Source: Lama glama (lineage: Eukaryota). From it: a stretch of DNA of 64,000 bases. The first letter of the stretch is position 1, and each line of letters opens with the position of its first letter. The position numbers and the translations under genes are program-made. The notes below the pieces were generated by a model. That model was given only the letters and a program-made list of their open reading frames with translations, was not told the origin of the DNA and did not search any database. Of this stretch, positions 1 to 12,519 are shown one piece after another. The stretch is taken from assembly GCA_028534125.1 (NCBI GenBank), contig CM052818.1, positions 14,820,001-14,884,000 of the forward strand, read 5' to 3'.

Positions 1-1034
1 AAAGTTAAAATGTTTAGAGAGAGGTGGAGACCAATTTTGCCTTCACATTTAACTATGGTTCTAGTCTTGTTTGGAAAGAAAGAACTCACTTCCCACATCA
101 CAGGGGCAATTCTGTCTTCCTAACAATCGAAGAGTTTTCTTCTAGAACTATGACTCAGCTCTCTGGGGGAGAGTTCCTTATCACAGTATGGCAGCAATGA
201 TATTTACACTAAGCTGAGGTATTTCCACTAAGTAGAGTGGACATAGATATATTTAATATATTAAAACCTTTTTTAAGAAATCTATTTCACATTTTAAAAA
301 TTTGTTCTCAACTTCACAAATAGTTTAAAAAGGACTGTCAGAGACTACTTTTAATTATAATAATAAGCAAGGAGTTAATAGGGGGTATTCACTCAGAATG
401 GAAGAAAATGCTTCCACTCAGCCTTATTTCCACATTTCATTCTGCACTTAGTCCAAATCATATTCTAATACAATGCAATCAATTTATTCATGACAAGTGA
501 TAATTAGAATGTAGTCCTAGCAAAACGGGTCTGGCGATCTTTTTGATTTGCACCTTCTTTGTTTGGGAATATTGCATTAAATAACTGTATGGCAAATAAA
601 ATGACTTGGCAGGCCCACGCAGAGAAGGAAGTATTCTCAGAAGCAAGTTGCCTTTATATGGGCATATTTCTACATTCTAAAATAATGTCTCCATTATCTT
701 GGTTAGAGTTCAACTCCTTTAAATCTATAAGAAATATGCGATGCATGAGTGTATGTGATGATTCACAGATTTGAAATAACACCTACTCTCCTTTGGTTCT
801 GGCACAAAATGTGTCAGTGAAGCCTGCAATTAAGAAAATTATCTTGGCCTATCTTGCCACAAGGATGGTGACATCAATATACGCATCCAGAGCAGAAATG
901 TGTTAGCAAAAATGAGTTTAGAAAACAGTTCTATTCCAGCAATGGCTGGTGCCTTGGTGCCTTTGCCATGTCATCTAAACTTCTGACATTAATAACATTA
1001 ATAATATTTACTAAATACTGCTGAGTTGTTTCTT

Positions 1035-1185
1035 TTAGTCATCAGAACAGCCCCATGAGATAGGTACTGTCATGGCTCCTATTTTACAGATGAAGAGAGG
1101 TTAATAGGTTGCCCAAGAGCATACTCTTAGCCACTGGTAGAGCCTGGATTTGAACCCAGATCTCTCTGACTCAGATGTTCACTCT
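1035..1185 (-). mobile_element. MIR SINE
   Basis: Core motifs cctattttacagatgaag...ttgcccaag...ggtagagcctggatttgaacccagatct. Confidence 0.8.
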
Positions 1186-1191
1186 TTTGAT

Positions 1192-1365
1192 CAGGACTGG
1201 CTATATAATTTGAAGAGCCCAGTGCAAAATGAAAATGTAGGGGCCTCTATTCAAAAATTATTACTTTCAAGATGGTGGTGCCAAGGCATTAACCCAATCA
1301 CAGGGCCCTTCTAAGCACAAGGCCCTGTGTGGGCACACAGGCTACACAGCCATGAGCTGGCACTG
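1192..1365 (-). mobile_element. MER45A-like hAT-Tip100 MITE
   Basis: Termini caggactggcta...catgagctggcactg. Internal gcccagtgcaaaatgaaaatg and gggcccttctaagcacaaggccctgtg match the MER45A reverse complement. Confidence 0.8.
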
Positions 1366-2604
1366 CTCTTACCATACCACTGCCCTCCATTGTGTCCTTC
1401 ATCCCCATGCCTCAACCGAGTTCAGCAAATATTTTGTCCAAGCCACAACTCCACCATAAGAGGTCCTGCCTGGATTCCTGAAGGACATATGTCTGGTCTG
1501 GAGACAAACAACACTTATGTCTCAGTCAGTCCTTTCACTAGATTTCACATTATGCTCAAGAGCAGAAAGTATCCCCTAATTTTATGAGTTTTGAATATCA
1601 ACCTTCTCTTTGGTCCCTAACACCTCCCTTTTAATTAGTCTTTTCCCCTCTTTTAAAAAAATAAGTAACTCAGCCATTTCCACTGCAATTTCAAGCATAT
1701 AATATTTGCTTCTTCCTGCTGTGAGTATTTGCAGCAGCTTTCCCCTAATGATGGGACAAGGCCTCAGATCGTTGTAATTGCAGGGTCCTGATTCATGAGC
1801 CCTTTGCCTCTCTGGATCTCCTTTTGAAGATCCTTCCAAACCTTTCACTTGGCACCTTCATTCAGATGGAATGTCTGGAGCTTGGTGGATGGCATGTTTT
1901 AGGGTAAACCTTTTACTGTCCAACACATATCTTGAGAACAAAGGGAGTCTGTTTGCAGTGTTTATAGAGTAATTGGGGCATGCAGGTTACATTTGTAGGG
2001 AAAGGAACCGGTTGTATATGGATATCTGTGGTGGAGGAGAGTTTGGAGGTGGAAGACTAGAAGACAGAGAAGATACCATTTCTGCCCCTGGTGGGGATTT
2101 CCACCTAATCTGATGCCTGGCTCCAGATTCTCTCACCCTCACATACCTTTTTTACTGTGACTTCCTTTTCTAAAGAAATTTTGACTATTCCTATCTTTAA
2201 TTTCTGCCTAATATGGGGTAAGAAGGGAGGAATCACAGGCAGTGTCCACCTGAAACTCTTCATACTTTAGGACTTAAATATGGACTCTTGAGATCAATGC
2301 CTCCCTACCTCATACATAAAGCTGAATGAAATTGTTGATCATTTATAAATTTGGCATGGAAAGAATAAGGCATAAGCAAATATCTCAAACAGTAGTTCTC
2401 AATTGTATCAGATCCACCATCCCCTCTGTACAACAAAATATCTCCTTCGTTGTCCTGCAAGGAAATTAACAGATTATGATATAACCCACCAACACATAGA
2501 AAAAACAAACCAAAACATCTTTTAAAATTAACATAATGCTCCAAGTGTGATATAAAGGAGAAATAAAATTAGAGTTGGGGACTATGTACAAATAATTATA
2601 AATA

Positions 2605-2818
2605 GGTATTTCACTCACATCAGTGCCCTAAAGAACATTTGACGGTTGGGCAGGACAACTTCTATGTTCTATGGAATTGTTCCAAACATCTGTCAATCCT
2701 GGTCCTCAGCCACCAAATACTAGTTAGCACGCCTTCAATCACTGTGATAACCAAAAATGCACCCACAGTTCCCAAAACACATCCTAAAAGGTGGTACTGT
2801 GCCTGCTGAGAACCACTG
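2605..2818 (-). mobile_element. MER20/MER20B-like hAT-Charlie MITE
   Basis: tgtgataaccaaaaatg...tgagaaccactg terminus typical of the MER20 group. Confidence 0.7.
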
Positions 2819-3899
2819 GCCTAAGTAGGAGTACCTGTGTATTGGATTCCTTTGGCTTCTCCTTTGGTTAGGATTTCCAGGTAACAGAACAAGATATACT
2901 TGCCATACTCCCAGGGTAAGTGTTCCAGGGCTTAACAAGCCTGAACTCAACAAGCATGCATTTTCTATTTGCACACAACTATTTTTAGGCCACTAGTCTT
3001 AAAATAGTACTCACACACACCAAGGTCCCTGACCACGAAGAGTGACAAGGCTTTGGTTAGGGAGTGGCCATGCTATGTATAGACTGATGATTATGTAGAG
3101 TGAGGCAGAAAGAACATTTATTTTTTGCCATATTTAAAATGTAGGGAGGTGGAATCAATGGGTATGTCAATGTGGTATACCTTGTACCTTGTTTCTTGGT
3201 CCTCTCTGACCTTTACCTTGGATTAATGGAGACTCTGCACTGTAAATTTTTTTTTTTTTACCTTGGCCAAGGAAATGTCTCTCTTTCTGCTGGCTGCATA
3301 CGAAATTGAAGGCAAATCGAGACCCAAGGGGAATAAGAGTCCCCCCACCTTCACGCCCCTTGACACACGCCCCTAATTAGGATCAATCTAAATATCATTC
3401 ACCAGACACTTAGAAAGAGATCTGGCCAAAAATAAAAAGGGGGAAAAAAATGAATGTTTGTGGAAACTTCTGTGAGTCACCCTCTAACATTTACCAGAGG
3501 TCAGTACTTTGCTGCCAGAATAAGCTCATATTTGAATGGAAGAAAAATTCTAAACAACATAAGGGAAAACTTAAACAGCAAAATCCCTGTACACCATGAC
3601 CTATGATATAACAGTTGCCCCTCTTAAATCATGCTCATCCAAGAGCATGTTTAACCACAAGCATGATGTCTGGGTGATAAAGTTCTTAAGTGGGCCATTA
3701 ACAAGAAGGTGGGTTTGAATCAATGGATGGGAGAGAAAAAAATGTGTTCCAACTGAAGAAACCATTTCTTCATTCACACATACATTCATTTGTTTCCTTT
3801 CCCAGCTTAATTTCACTTATAATACATTGCATGTACTCTTAGCTCCCTCTGACACTTTGAGATACTCACTTGTTTAAACAATGACCCTTGTTAAAGGCA

Positions 3900-5598
3900 A
3901 TGTTCCTTGTAGTCCATGCTTATATCTGTGCAGCTAAATGTGACTGGTGAGGAACCAAACCACAAAGAGAAATCCCACTTTAAATTTCTGATCATATACC
4001 TTGAACAGGCCCTTAATGCCACCAGCAATCACACTATATTTCCCACATCCTTCTATTATTCCACTCTTCCAGGTGATACTATGTACCTTCACTCTGTCCT
4101 CAAACCCCAAATATCTACTCACCACTCATTTTCATTCTCTGTTGATGGCTTTGCTTCCTATTTCACTGAGGAAATAGAATGGCGCAGAAGAGAGGTCCCA
4201 CAAACACCCACCACCTGCAACAGTGGTGGGCTTCTTTCCTATGGCTGTAGATGAACACTTTGTGCCCCTAGAAGAGGCCAGTTACTCTACTTGTAGACTA
4301 GATGCCACTTACTCTCACCTACTCAAGGACATCACTCCAGCAGTTCTGCTCTCAATTCTCCCCTTTTAAGTAATGTCCAACAATCTATGGACATTATTTT
4401 TCCCATCTTTGAAAAACCCTCTCTTGACCCCACTTCTTCCTCCAGCTACTACCTCCATTTTATATTTTCTAAAAGTTCTCTGTAGTCACCATCTCCAATA
4501 TCTCCCTTCCCATTCTCTCTTAAACCTACTACAATCAGGTATTTCTCCAATCCACTCCAATTAAATTGCCCTTATCAAGGTCACCTCAACCTCCCTGTTG
4601 CTTATCCAATGGCCAAGTCTCAAGTCTTTATCTTACTTGATCGATTAACAGAATATGATCATTCCCTCCTCCTTGAACCACTTTTCCACTTGGCTTATAG
4701 AAGTAGACTTGTCTGGTCTTCCTCTTACATCTTTGGCTCCTCCTCAGTCTTCTTTGTTGGGTTCTCTTCAACTCTCTGATCTCCAAAATTTGGAGTATTA
4801 CAAAATTCAGTCCTTGGCTGTCTTCTCTTTACTTTCTTCACTCACTTATTTGGTGATCTCACTTAGCCTCATGGCTTTAAATACCATCTAATACATGATG
4901 TGTCCAGCCTTCATTTCTCCCCCTGAACTCCAGACTCACATATCTGGCTGCTGCCTTAATATCTCCACTTGTATGACTAATAGACCTCTCCATTTAACAA
5001 GTCCAGAACTGAACCCCTGTCTTCGTCTTGCTACATTCCTACTGCCAAACCCTGTACCTCTTCTACTTTTCCCCAGTTGCTCAGGCCAAAACCTTGAAGT
5101 CATCTCGGATGCCTTTCTTTCTCTCATTCCCCATATCTGACCTATCAGCTTAACCTTCAGCACCAGTCCAGAATCTGACCACTTCTCACCACTTCCACTG
5201 CTGTCTCTCACCTAAATTGATCTTTCATCTTTGACAGCATTCAGACTTTTCTCAAGACACAAGCCAGAGTGATACTGATAAAACATGTCAGAGAGCCACC
5301 CCTCTGTTCAAAAACCCTCCAATGATATTTTTAGTAAAAGCTCCTAAAATTCCTTTAAAGCCTACATGCTCTGCTCCTGGCCCTTTCCTTTTCCATCTTC
5401 ACCCCTTGCTTCTTTCCTCCTTGCTCATTCCATCCTAGTAGGACTCTGCCCACCCTTTGCTATTCCTTAAACCTTCCTAATACCTCAAGACCTTTGTACT
5501 CACTGTTTCTGAGATGTTCTTTCCGCAGACATGACTCACTCACCCACCTCCTTTCCTCAGATGTCACCTTCTCAGTGAGTCCTTCTCTGTTCACCCAT
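3900..5598 (+). mobile_element. L2 LINE fragment
   Basis: Pyrimidine-rich L2 ORF2/3' sequence, e.g. tccactccaattaaattgcccttatcaaggtcacc, ctgaactccagactcacatatc, ctcaggccaaaaccttgaagtcatc. Confidence 0.85.
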
Positions 5599-5599
5599 A

Positions 5600-6050
5600 T
5601 GCAATGTTCATTTTATGTGTCAACCTGACTGGCATGCCCAGGCATTATTCTGGGTATGTCTGTGAGAGTGTTTCTGGATGAGATGAACATTTGCATATGT
5701 AGACAGTAAATCCGATTGTCCTGGGTGGACCTCATCCTATCAATTGAAGACTTGAATAGAACAAAAAGCCTGAGTAAGGGGAAACTTTGCTGTTGAACTG
5801 CAGAGCTAGGGCATCCATTATCTCCTGCCTTCAGACTGGAACTCATATCAGAAGCTCTTCTGGTTCTGGGGCCTTCAGATCTGGACTGGAACTACACTGC
5901 CTTGCTGGGTCCCTGGCTTGCCAACTGCAGATCTTAGGGCTTCTAAGCCCCTTTCTCAGCCTCCACAATCACATGATTCAATTCCTTATAATAAATCATT
6001 TATATGTAATGATAGATGATAGATACAAAGATAGACAGATAGATAAATAC
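5600..6050 (+). mobile_element. MLT2 (ERVL) solo LTR with (GATA)n tail
   Basis: 5' end tgcaatgttcattttatgtgtcaacctgactgg; internal gtgtttctggatgagatgaacattt and gacttgaatagaacaaaaag; 3' ctccacaatcacatga...ttccttataataaatc. Confidence 0.85.
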
Positions 6051-6155
6051 CTCATGGGACTGTTATGGGGATTAAATGACTGAATATTTTTGTAGTGCTT
6101 GGAAGAGTGCCTAGTATAATACTATAGTAAGTGCTATATTAAGTAAAGTAAATTT

Positions 6156-6175
6156 TATATATATATATATAAATA

Positions 6176-6227
<52 letters not shown>
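6156..6227. repeat. Compound (TA)n(TG)n(TA)n microsatellite
   Basis: Seen directly. Confidence 0.95.
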
Positions 6228-6229
<2 letters not shown>

Positions 6230-6230
<1 letters not shown>

Positions 6231-6450
6231 CTGCTCTCAAGAAGTTCACCGATAGTGGAGAGGAAAACTTACCTGTAAAAAGTACAGAGTATACAGTGGT
6301 AGCACAGAAGCACAGAAGATGGGAAGGGTCAATTTCTCCTTAGGGTCAAGGAAGCCTTCACAGAAAAGGTGATATTTAATGTGAATCTTGGAGAATGAAG
6401 GAATGTTTACTAGACCAACAAGAAGGGAATTCCAGGCCAAGGACACAGAA
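6230..6450 (-). mobile_element. L2 fragment
   Basis: cctgctctcaagaagttcac...gtcaaggaagccttcacagaaaaggtgatattt...gaattccagg. Confidence 0.7.
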
Positions 6451-7594
6451 TAAATGTTTAAATCAGGAGGCTCAGAGGTAAGAATAAATCCATCCTCCCA
6501 CCTTCCAGGAAGTGATGATCTGGAGTTGTCTCAATAAACCCAGCTTGTTTTTCCAGCTTTATCCTTTAATTTCCTTATTATGTAAGTGAAGGTGTTGGCA
6601 ACACTGAATATTAAATTATAGTCATTTTACTGTGTAGGAGAGAAAGTTTTGTAGATTGCTGCACCCTTGGGAAAAGTTCATCCCAATCTGTTTGATGCAT
6701 TGGGTGAAAAGAATCTGCTAGTTCTAAGTCACCTTAATATTCTTGAAAGAATCTTCAAGTTTCTTATAGTTAACTGGTATTTACAGAATTTTATCTGCTG
6801 ATGCTATCATTGATAACCATTCCCTTTAAAATTAGAATTCATTTGTGTAATGAATTTCAGTTTTTCCATATGCTTCATTCATTTATTTTGTTAGTTAACT
6901 AAAAGTATGTTTTATCTTTCGTTACATTGTCAGAAATATTAGCTAATGGCAGTTTTAAAAAAATAAAACAACTCTAATATCCATTAAAATACTTCCTAAG
7001 AGACCTTTTTTCTATATTAAAAATATTACATAGGGACAACATTACTTCACATACCTTTGACTATGTCCTTTTAAGTGAATGATCTAGAAATCAGTGGAGA
7101 GAGCCCTTAGAGGGAAGTGGTCAAGGGGTCAGCCAGGGAAGGCAGCAGGAGCTGGGCAGGATTCATCGAAGCACCACAATTAGATGTGTCCAGTTTTCAG
7201 GATCTGGCCCCAAAACTCACTCCTGCAGTGTCCTGGGTACAGACCCGGAGAGACTGACTCATGCACAAGAGACAGAGGTAGACATCCAAATGCCAGTTTA
7301 TTCATTTGCAGTGAGAAATTAAACTCCCACATGGACCAGAATGCTCTCATTAGCATAGCTAGTGCATTTTCTCCTTGAAGTCAAGGCAAAGACAGGTAAT
7401 TCATACTCGGAAGGTACTTTACTAATTTGCCATGAGAAACCTCTTCATGTGGACAGAAACCTCAGTTTCTGTATGATCTGTATGTCTTCTCCCTAGAGAT
7501 AGCCTAAGTGGGAAGTCAAGTCATAATCAGAACGTTGCTCAGTAATAAGAATAAAGATAGATAATCAAACATATGGAACTAGACTAAAAGCTCC

Positions 7595-8074
7595 TGTGGC
7601 AGATAAAATAAAGACCCCAAAGATGTCTATATCCTAATACTCAAAACCTCTGAATATGTTACCTTACATGGCAAAAGAACTTTGCAAGTGTGATTAAATG
7701 AAGGATCTTAAGATGGGAGGATTATCTTTGATTATCAAGGTAGACCCAATATAATCACAAGCATCCTTGCAAGAGAGAGAAAAATGAAGGTCAAAGGCAG
7801 TAGGAGGGGATGTGACTATGGAAAGAAGAGATTGGAGTGATGCCAAGAGGGGGGTCAGAGCCAAAAAATGCAGGTAGCTTCAAGAAGCTTAAAAAGACAA
7901 GGAAATGGATTTCCCCTTGAAGACTCTAGAAGGAATGTAACACGCTGACACTCTAATTTTAGTTTAGTGAGACTCATTTTAGACTCCTGACCTCCAGAAT
8001 TATGGTAGAATAAACTTGTATTATTTTAAGCCATTAGGTTGTGTTAATTCATTCAGCAAAAGGAAACTAATACT
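7595..8074 (+). mobile_element. MLT1D-like (ERVL-MaLR) solo LTR
   Basis: tgtggcaga...ccccaaagatgtc...gaatatgttaccttacatggcaaaag...gacctccagaa...aataaacttg...ggaaactaatac. Confidence 0.88.
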
Positions 8075-8089
8075 GACTTTGAGGCATCT

Positions 8090-8560
8090 GCATTAGTTAA
8101 GATTAGATTCAGCTGTGAGTGGCAGAACTCTCCAAATATAAGTAGTTTAAACAAGGTGTGCTTGAACAAGTTATGATCTCTCACAAAAATAAAGTCCAAA
8201 TTAAACAGTCTAAGAATGATACAGCAGATCCACAGTTACCAGGGACCCAGGATCCCTCTACCTTGTTGCTTTGTCATACTCAACATGTGGTTTCTGCTTC
8301 ATGGTTCAAGATCGCTGCTTAATCTCCAGCCGTCACACACATATTCTAACCAGCAGGAAGGAGGACACAGTAAAGGAAAGTATGCCCTTTTAGTAAGCAA
8401 ACTTACTGAAAGTTGCACACACCATGTCAGCTTGCATCCCACAGAAAAACAATTGGTTATAGAGCCACACCTAGTTTCAAAGGAAGCTTTAACTATAGTC
8501 CTTACTCTGGATGACTTTGTGCCCACTGGAAAATAAAGGATCCTATTCCCAAGGGAAAAA
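8090..8560 (-). mobile_element. Old MLT1 (MaLR) LTR
   Basis: gcattagttaagattagattcagctg...agtttaaacaag...ctccagccgtcacacacatattc. Confidence 0.65.
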
Positions 8561-9269
8561 AAGAAAAGGAATAATGGCTACTTATAATACATACCATAGC
8601 ATCAATCTCAGCTGAGATTATCTTACAAAAACAAAGTCCTCAATAATCCATTAGCTGTAATTCCCGCATCCATCTCCAATCAGAACCAGAAACATACAAG
8701 CCAAGACTTCCTTTCCTAATCTGAGCTTGGATAGGTACTACCAGTTTTGCCTATGTGTTTCTTTATCTAGGAATTGAACACTTATCAAATCCGTTTTTGA
8801 CCAATATCTTTAGATACATTAAAATATCTTTAGTTAGGTTATTGACATTTTAGCTGGCCCAAGTCTTTCAGGTAATTATGTTTTCCTGCCGTGATCCTAC
8901 AGTTCACTCTCAGAAGGCACTTTTGTTCCCTCATTCACAAGTCCATGGAAGATACTTCTCCATGGCCCCAAAGGATGATAACAAATTCTAACGGAGAAAC
9001 ATCTGTCATTGGGTTAAAGCGTGGTACCAACAGATAAGTTTTACTCTCTTCCATGGCTGCGAATCATGGCCAGCCATTCCAATCTTAGAACTGTCTGAAA
9101 TTTGTCCCAATATGGAGCAAAATGTGATCATGTAGATGGTGGAGATTAAGTCCAACACCACTACTTGAAAGGTAACTATCCAATTTGCCTCTGAACTTCT
9201 TTTTAGCTAGAGTCAGGGCTGGTCTAATAAGTAGGTGGAGTGAATATTGATGCTCATGGAATTACAACA

Positions 9270-9415
9270 TGACAGGTATAATTAATATCCTCATTGCTGA
9301 TGAAGAAACTGAGGCCTAGAGAAATTAACCAATTTGCCCAAGGCTAGGGCTATGCAATGTCAGAGTGAGGATTCAGACCTCTTAACCAGAGTCTGACTCT
9401 AAATTATTACACTAT
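9270..9415 (-). mobile_element. MIR SINE
   Basis: gatgaagaaactgaggcctagagaaattaaccaatttgcccaagg. Confidence 0.8.
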
Positions 9416-10139
9416 TGATATGACTCAAAAAATCTGGGGAATGTCTCTGTTGCAAAGTATTTCCCCATTCTTTTTCAAAGTACCTGAAATTTCAAACATT
9501 CTTTTGGTCCTGAAAGCAGATATAACAGCAAAAGTAAAGCCAACTCTTTTAAGCTTCCAGGGGGAAAAAATCGTCAAGTTCTTTCTGTCTCCATGATCAA
9601 TACTTTGTTTCAGGCCACCATCGTCTCTCACCTGGAGTAGTACCACAATAACCATCTCCCAGGATGGCTCCTTCCAATCTGTTCTACATATTATAGCCAA
9701 AATGATCTTTCCAAAATATACATCTGATCATGCCATTTCCCTACTTAAACCCTTTCAGGGACTCTTCATTGCTTTCAGCATGGTCTGTAAGAGTGGTTCT
9801 CAACCTGTTAGGCAAAATTTTATATAACAAATAATTTTCATCAACCCCCTCTTCCACAGCATCCCAATATTTCCTCTGTTACAGCACATGGCAGTCACAA
9901 TGCATTGTAATGATCCCTTTACTTCTCTGGCCACTACCTGAACAAAAAGTTTCTTAAGAGGACAGACTGTGCTGTGGTCACCGTTACAGCACAGAATGGT
10001 TGATACAGAGGAAAACGAAATCGGAGAGCATCAGACTAACTTAGCTGAACTGTCTTCTATTCCCACTGGACACTTCTGAGAAAGAAATAATGAGGTTGGG
10101 AGTATTATGGTCAGCTATTACTTTTTAGACATCTTGAAA

Positions 10140-11240
10140 AAAGAACCCTGACAAACTTCACCTGTTAAGGTGAACATCAACAGTGATGAGTCATATTGAT
10201 AGATGTACCCTTGATACAATGTGATGAACTGATGCTTTATCTCTGCAGTTTTCCTCCCCAAAACCATAATCCTAGTACAATCAAAAGACAAATATCAGAC
10301 AGATCTCAATAGAGGGGCATTCTACAAAATATCTAATGAGTACTCTTCAAAACTATTAAGGCCATCAAAAACAAGGAAACTGTCACAGCAAAGAAGAGTC
10401 TAAAGAGACATGATGACTAAATATAATCTGATATCCTAGCAATGATTCTGAAACAGAAAAAAGACATTAGGTAAAACCTAAGAAAATATGAATAAAGTAT
10501 GTACATTCATTAATAATAATGGATAAATATTGATTCATTAATTGTAACTAGTGGTACCATGCTAACATAAGATATTAATAATACTGGAAATTGGGTACAG
10601 AACATATGGAAACTCTCTGTACAATCTTTGAAAATTTTCTGTAAATCTAAAATTGTTCTAAAATAAAATGTTTATTTTTTTAATGGGCAAAATATTTAAA
10701 TAGACGCTACACTCCAAAAAATGGTGTATAAATGCAATAAGCCCGTGAAAAAAATCCAACATTGTTAGTCATAAGGCAAATGCAAATTAAGTCATAATAC
10801 AATACCACTACAACACATTAGAATGGTTAAAATGCAAAAGACTAGCAAAATCAAGTGTTTATGTGGATACAGAGCAACTGAAATTCTCAAACACTGATTA
10901 CAGGACTTATTCTAAAAACAGTGTGGCAATTTCCTATCAAGTTAAACATACACTTTCCACAAGATTCAGCAATTCCACTCCTAGGTATTTACTCAAATAA
11001 CAAAATACATGTTCACACATACATACATAAAATGTAAAATTATATCATCAACCACAAAAGTAACAACAACAAAAAAGCATAGTCACTTAGAAATTCATGA
11101 AAACTTTTTGAAATAACTACAGGGTTATATTCTTAAGTTATGCATGCAAAAATATTTAGAGGTAAAATGACGTCTGCATCTTATTCTTAAATGATTCAGC
11201 GAAAGAAAAAAGGGAGGAAGGAAGGAAAGGAGAGAAATAA
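10140..11240 (+). mobile_element. Old L1 (L1MC/L1ME) 3' fragments
   Basis: L1MC-type 3' UTR (gggcattctacaaaata...aaaaacaaggaaactgtcacag...tgtaaatctaaaattgttctaaaataaaa), then ORF2-end motifs gcaaatgcaaattaa and cagcaattccactcctaggtattta. Confidence 0.8.
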
Positions 11241-11740
11241 NNNNNNNNNNNNNNNNNNNNNNNNNNNNNNNNNNNNNNNNNNNNNNNNNNNNNNNNNNNN
11301 NNNNNNNNNNNNNNNNNNNNNNNNNNNNNNNNNNNNNNNNNNNNNNNNNNNNNNNNNNNNNNNNNNNNNNNNNNNNNNNNNNNNNNNNNNNNNNNNNNNN
11401 NNNNNNNNNNNNNNNNNNNNNNNNNNNNNNNNNNNNNNNNNNNNNNNNNNNNNNNNNNNNNNNNNNNNNNNNNNNNNNNNNNNNNNNNNNNNNNNNNNNN
11501 NNNNNNNNNNNNNNNNNNNNNNNNNNNNNNNNNNNNNNNNNNNNNNNNNNNNNNNNNNNNNNNNNNNNNNNNNNNNNNNNNNNNNNNNNNNNNNNNNNNN
11601 NNNNNNNNNNNNNNNNNNNNNNNNNNNNNNNNNNNNNNNNNNNNNNNNNNNNNNNNNNNNNNNNNNNNNNNNNNNNNNNNNNNNNNNNNNNNNNNNNNNN
11701 NNNNNNNNNNNNNNNNNNNNNNNNNNNNNNNNNNNNNNNN
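11241..11740. other. Assembly gap (500 N)
   Basis: Run of exactly 500 n. Confidence 1.
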
Positions 11741-12161
11741 AATAAGACATTTTTATTTAGGATTGATTTTAAAAGAAGGCAGATTTGGCAATAAAGGTGA
11801 GCTAACTAATTTTTAATTTAAAAGAATAGTCCCCTTGGGAGCCTATGTGTTTATTTCAACAATGCTGTTACTGCTCAGACATTTCTGGGAATCCCACTTT
11901 GGTGCTTCAGAGCCCGTTTCTGAAATTCCTAATAAAATCAGTGTAGTTATTTTAAATACATCCACATTTTATTTTGAACAAAATGGCATCGAAACATGTA
12001 ATCACTCAAGTTATTTATCATTCTTTAACTCAAATGACTATTGGCATTTTTGAGATATCAAGCCTAACTTAATAAAAAATTGCCATCATAACTGCTATTC
12101 AAAAAAACTTTCCAAGTCTTTAAAACAAAGAAAAAAGTAAGAGCTCCAAAATTATTTAGGC

Positions 12162-12385
12162 CAGGGGTTGGCAAACATTTTCCATGAAGATTCAGACAGT
12201 AAACATTGCAGGCTTTCTGGATCATGTGGGTTCTGTCACAGTTAGTCAAGTCTGCTGTTATAATGTGAAAGCAGCCATAGACACTGCTAAAATGAATGAG
12301 CTTACCTGTATTATAATAAAATTTTATTTACAAAAACAGTTTGTGGAAAACATTTGGCCTACAGGCCCTAGTTTGTTGATCTCTG
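12162..12385 (+). mobile_element. MER58A hAT-Charlie MITE
   Basis: TIRs caggggttggcaaac / gtttgttgatctctg; degenerate 8-bp TSD atttaggc / ttttaggt. Confidence 0.85.
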
Positions 12386-12519
12386 TTTTAGGTAATGACA
12401 GAATAACAAATAACTATTTTGCCTTCCAAAATGATAGATATTACTGGGATACATACTTTTTTTACTTAAAAAAAATTTTGACCCACTGTTTTATAGTCAC
12501 TAGTAAGGTATTTTAAAAC

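Noticed and set aside
1582..1848. 88-aa minus-strand ORF as a possible ACYP2 exon
   Set aside because: No acylphosphatase motif (e.g. GRVQGVxFR); no ACYP2 coding exon is recognisable anywhere in the window.
11191..11750. 184-aa ORFs on both strands
   Set aside because: Artefact of translating the N gap.
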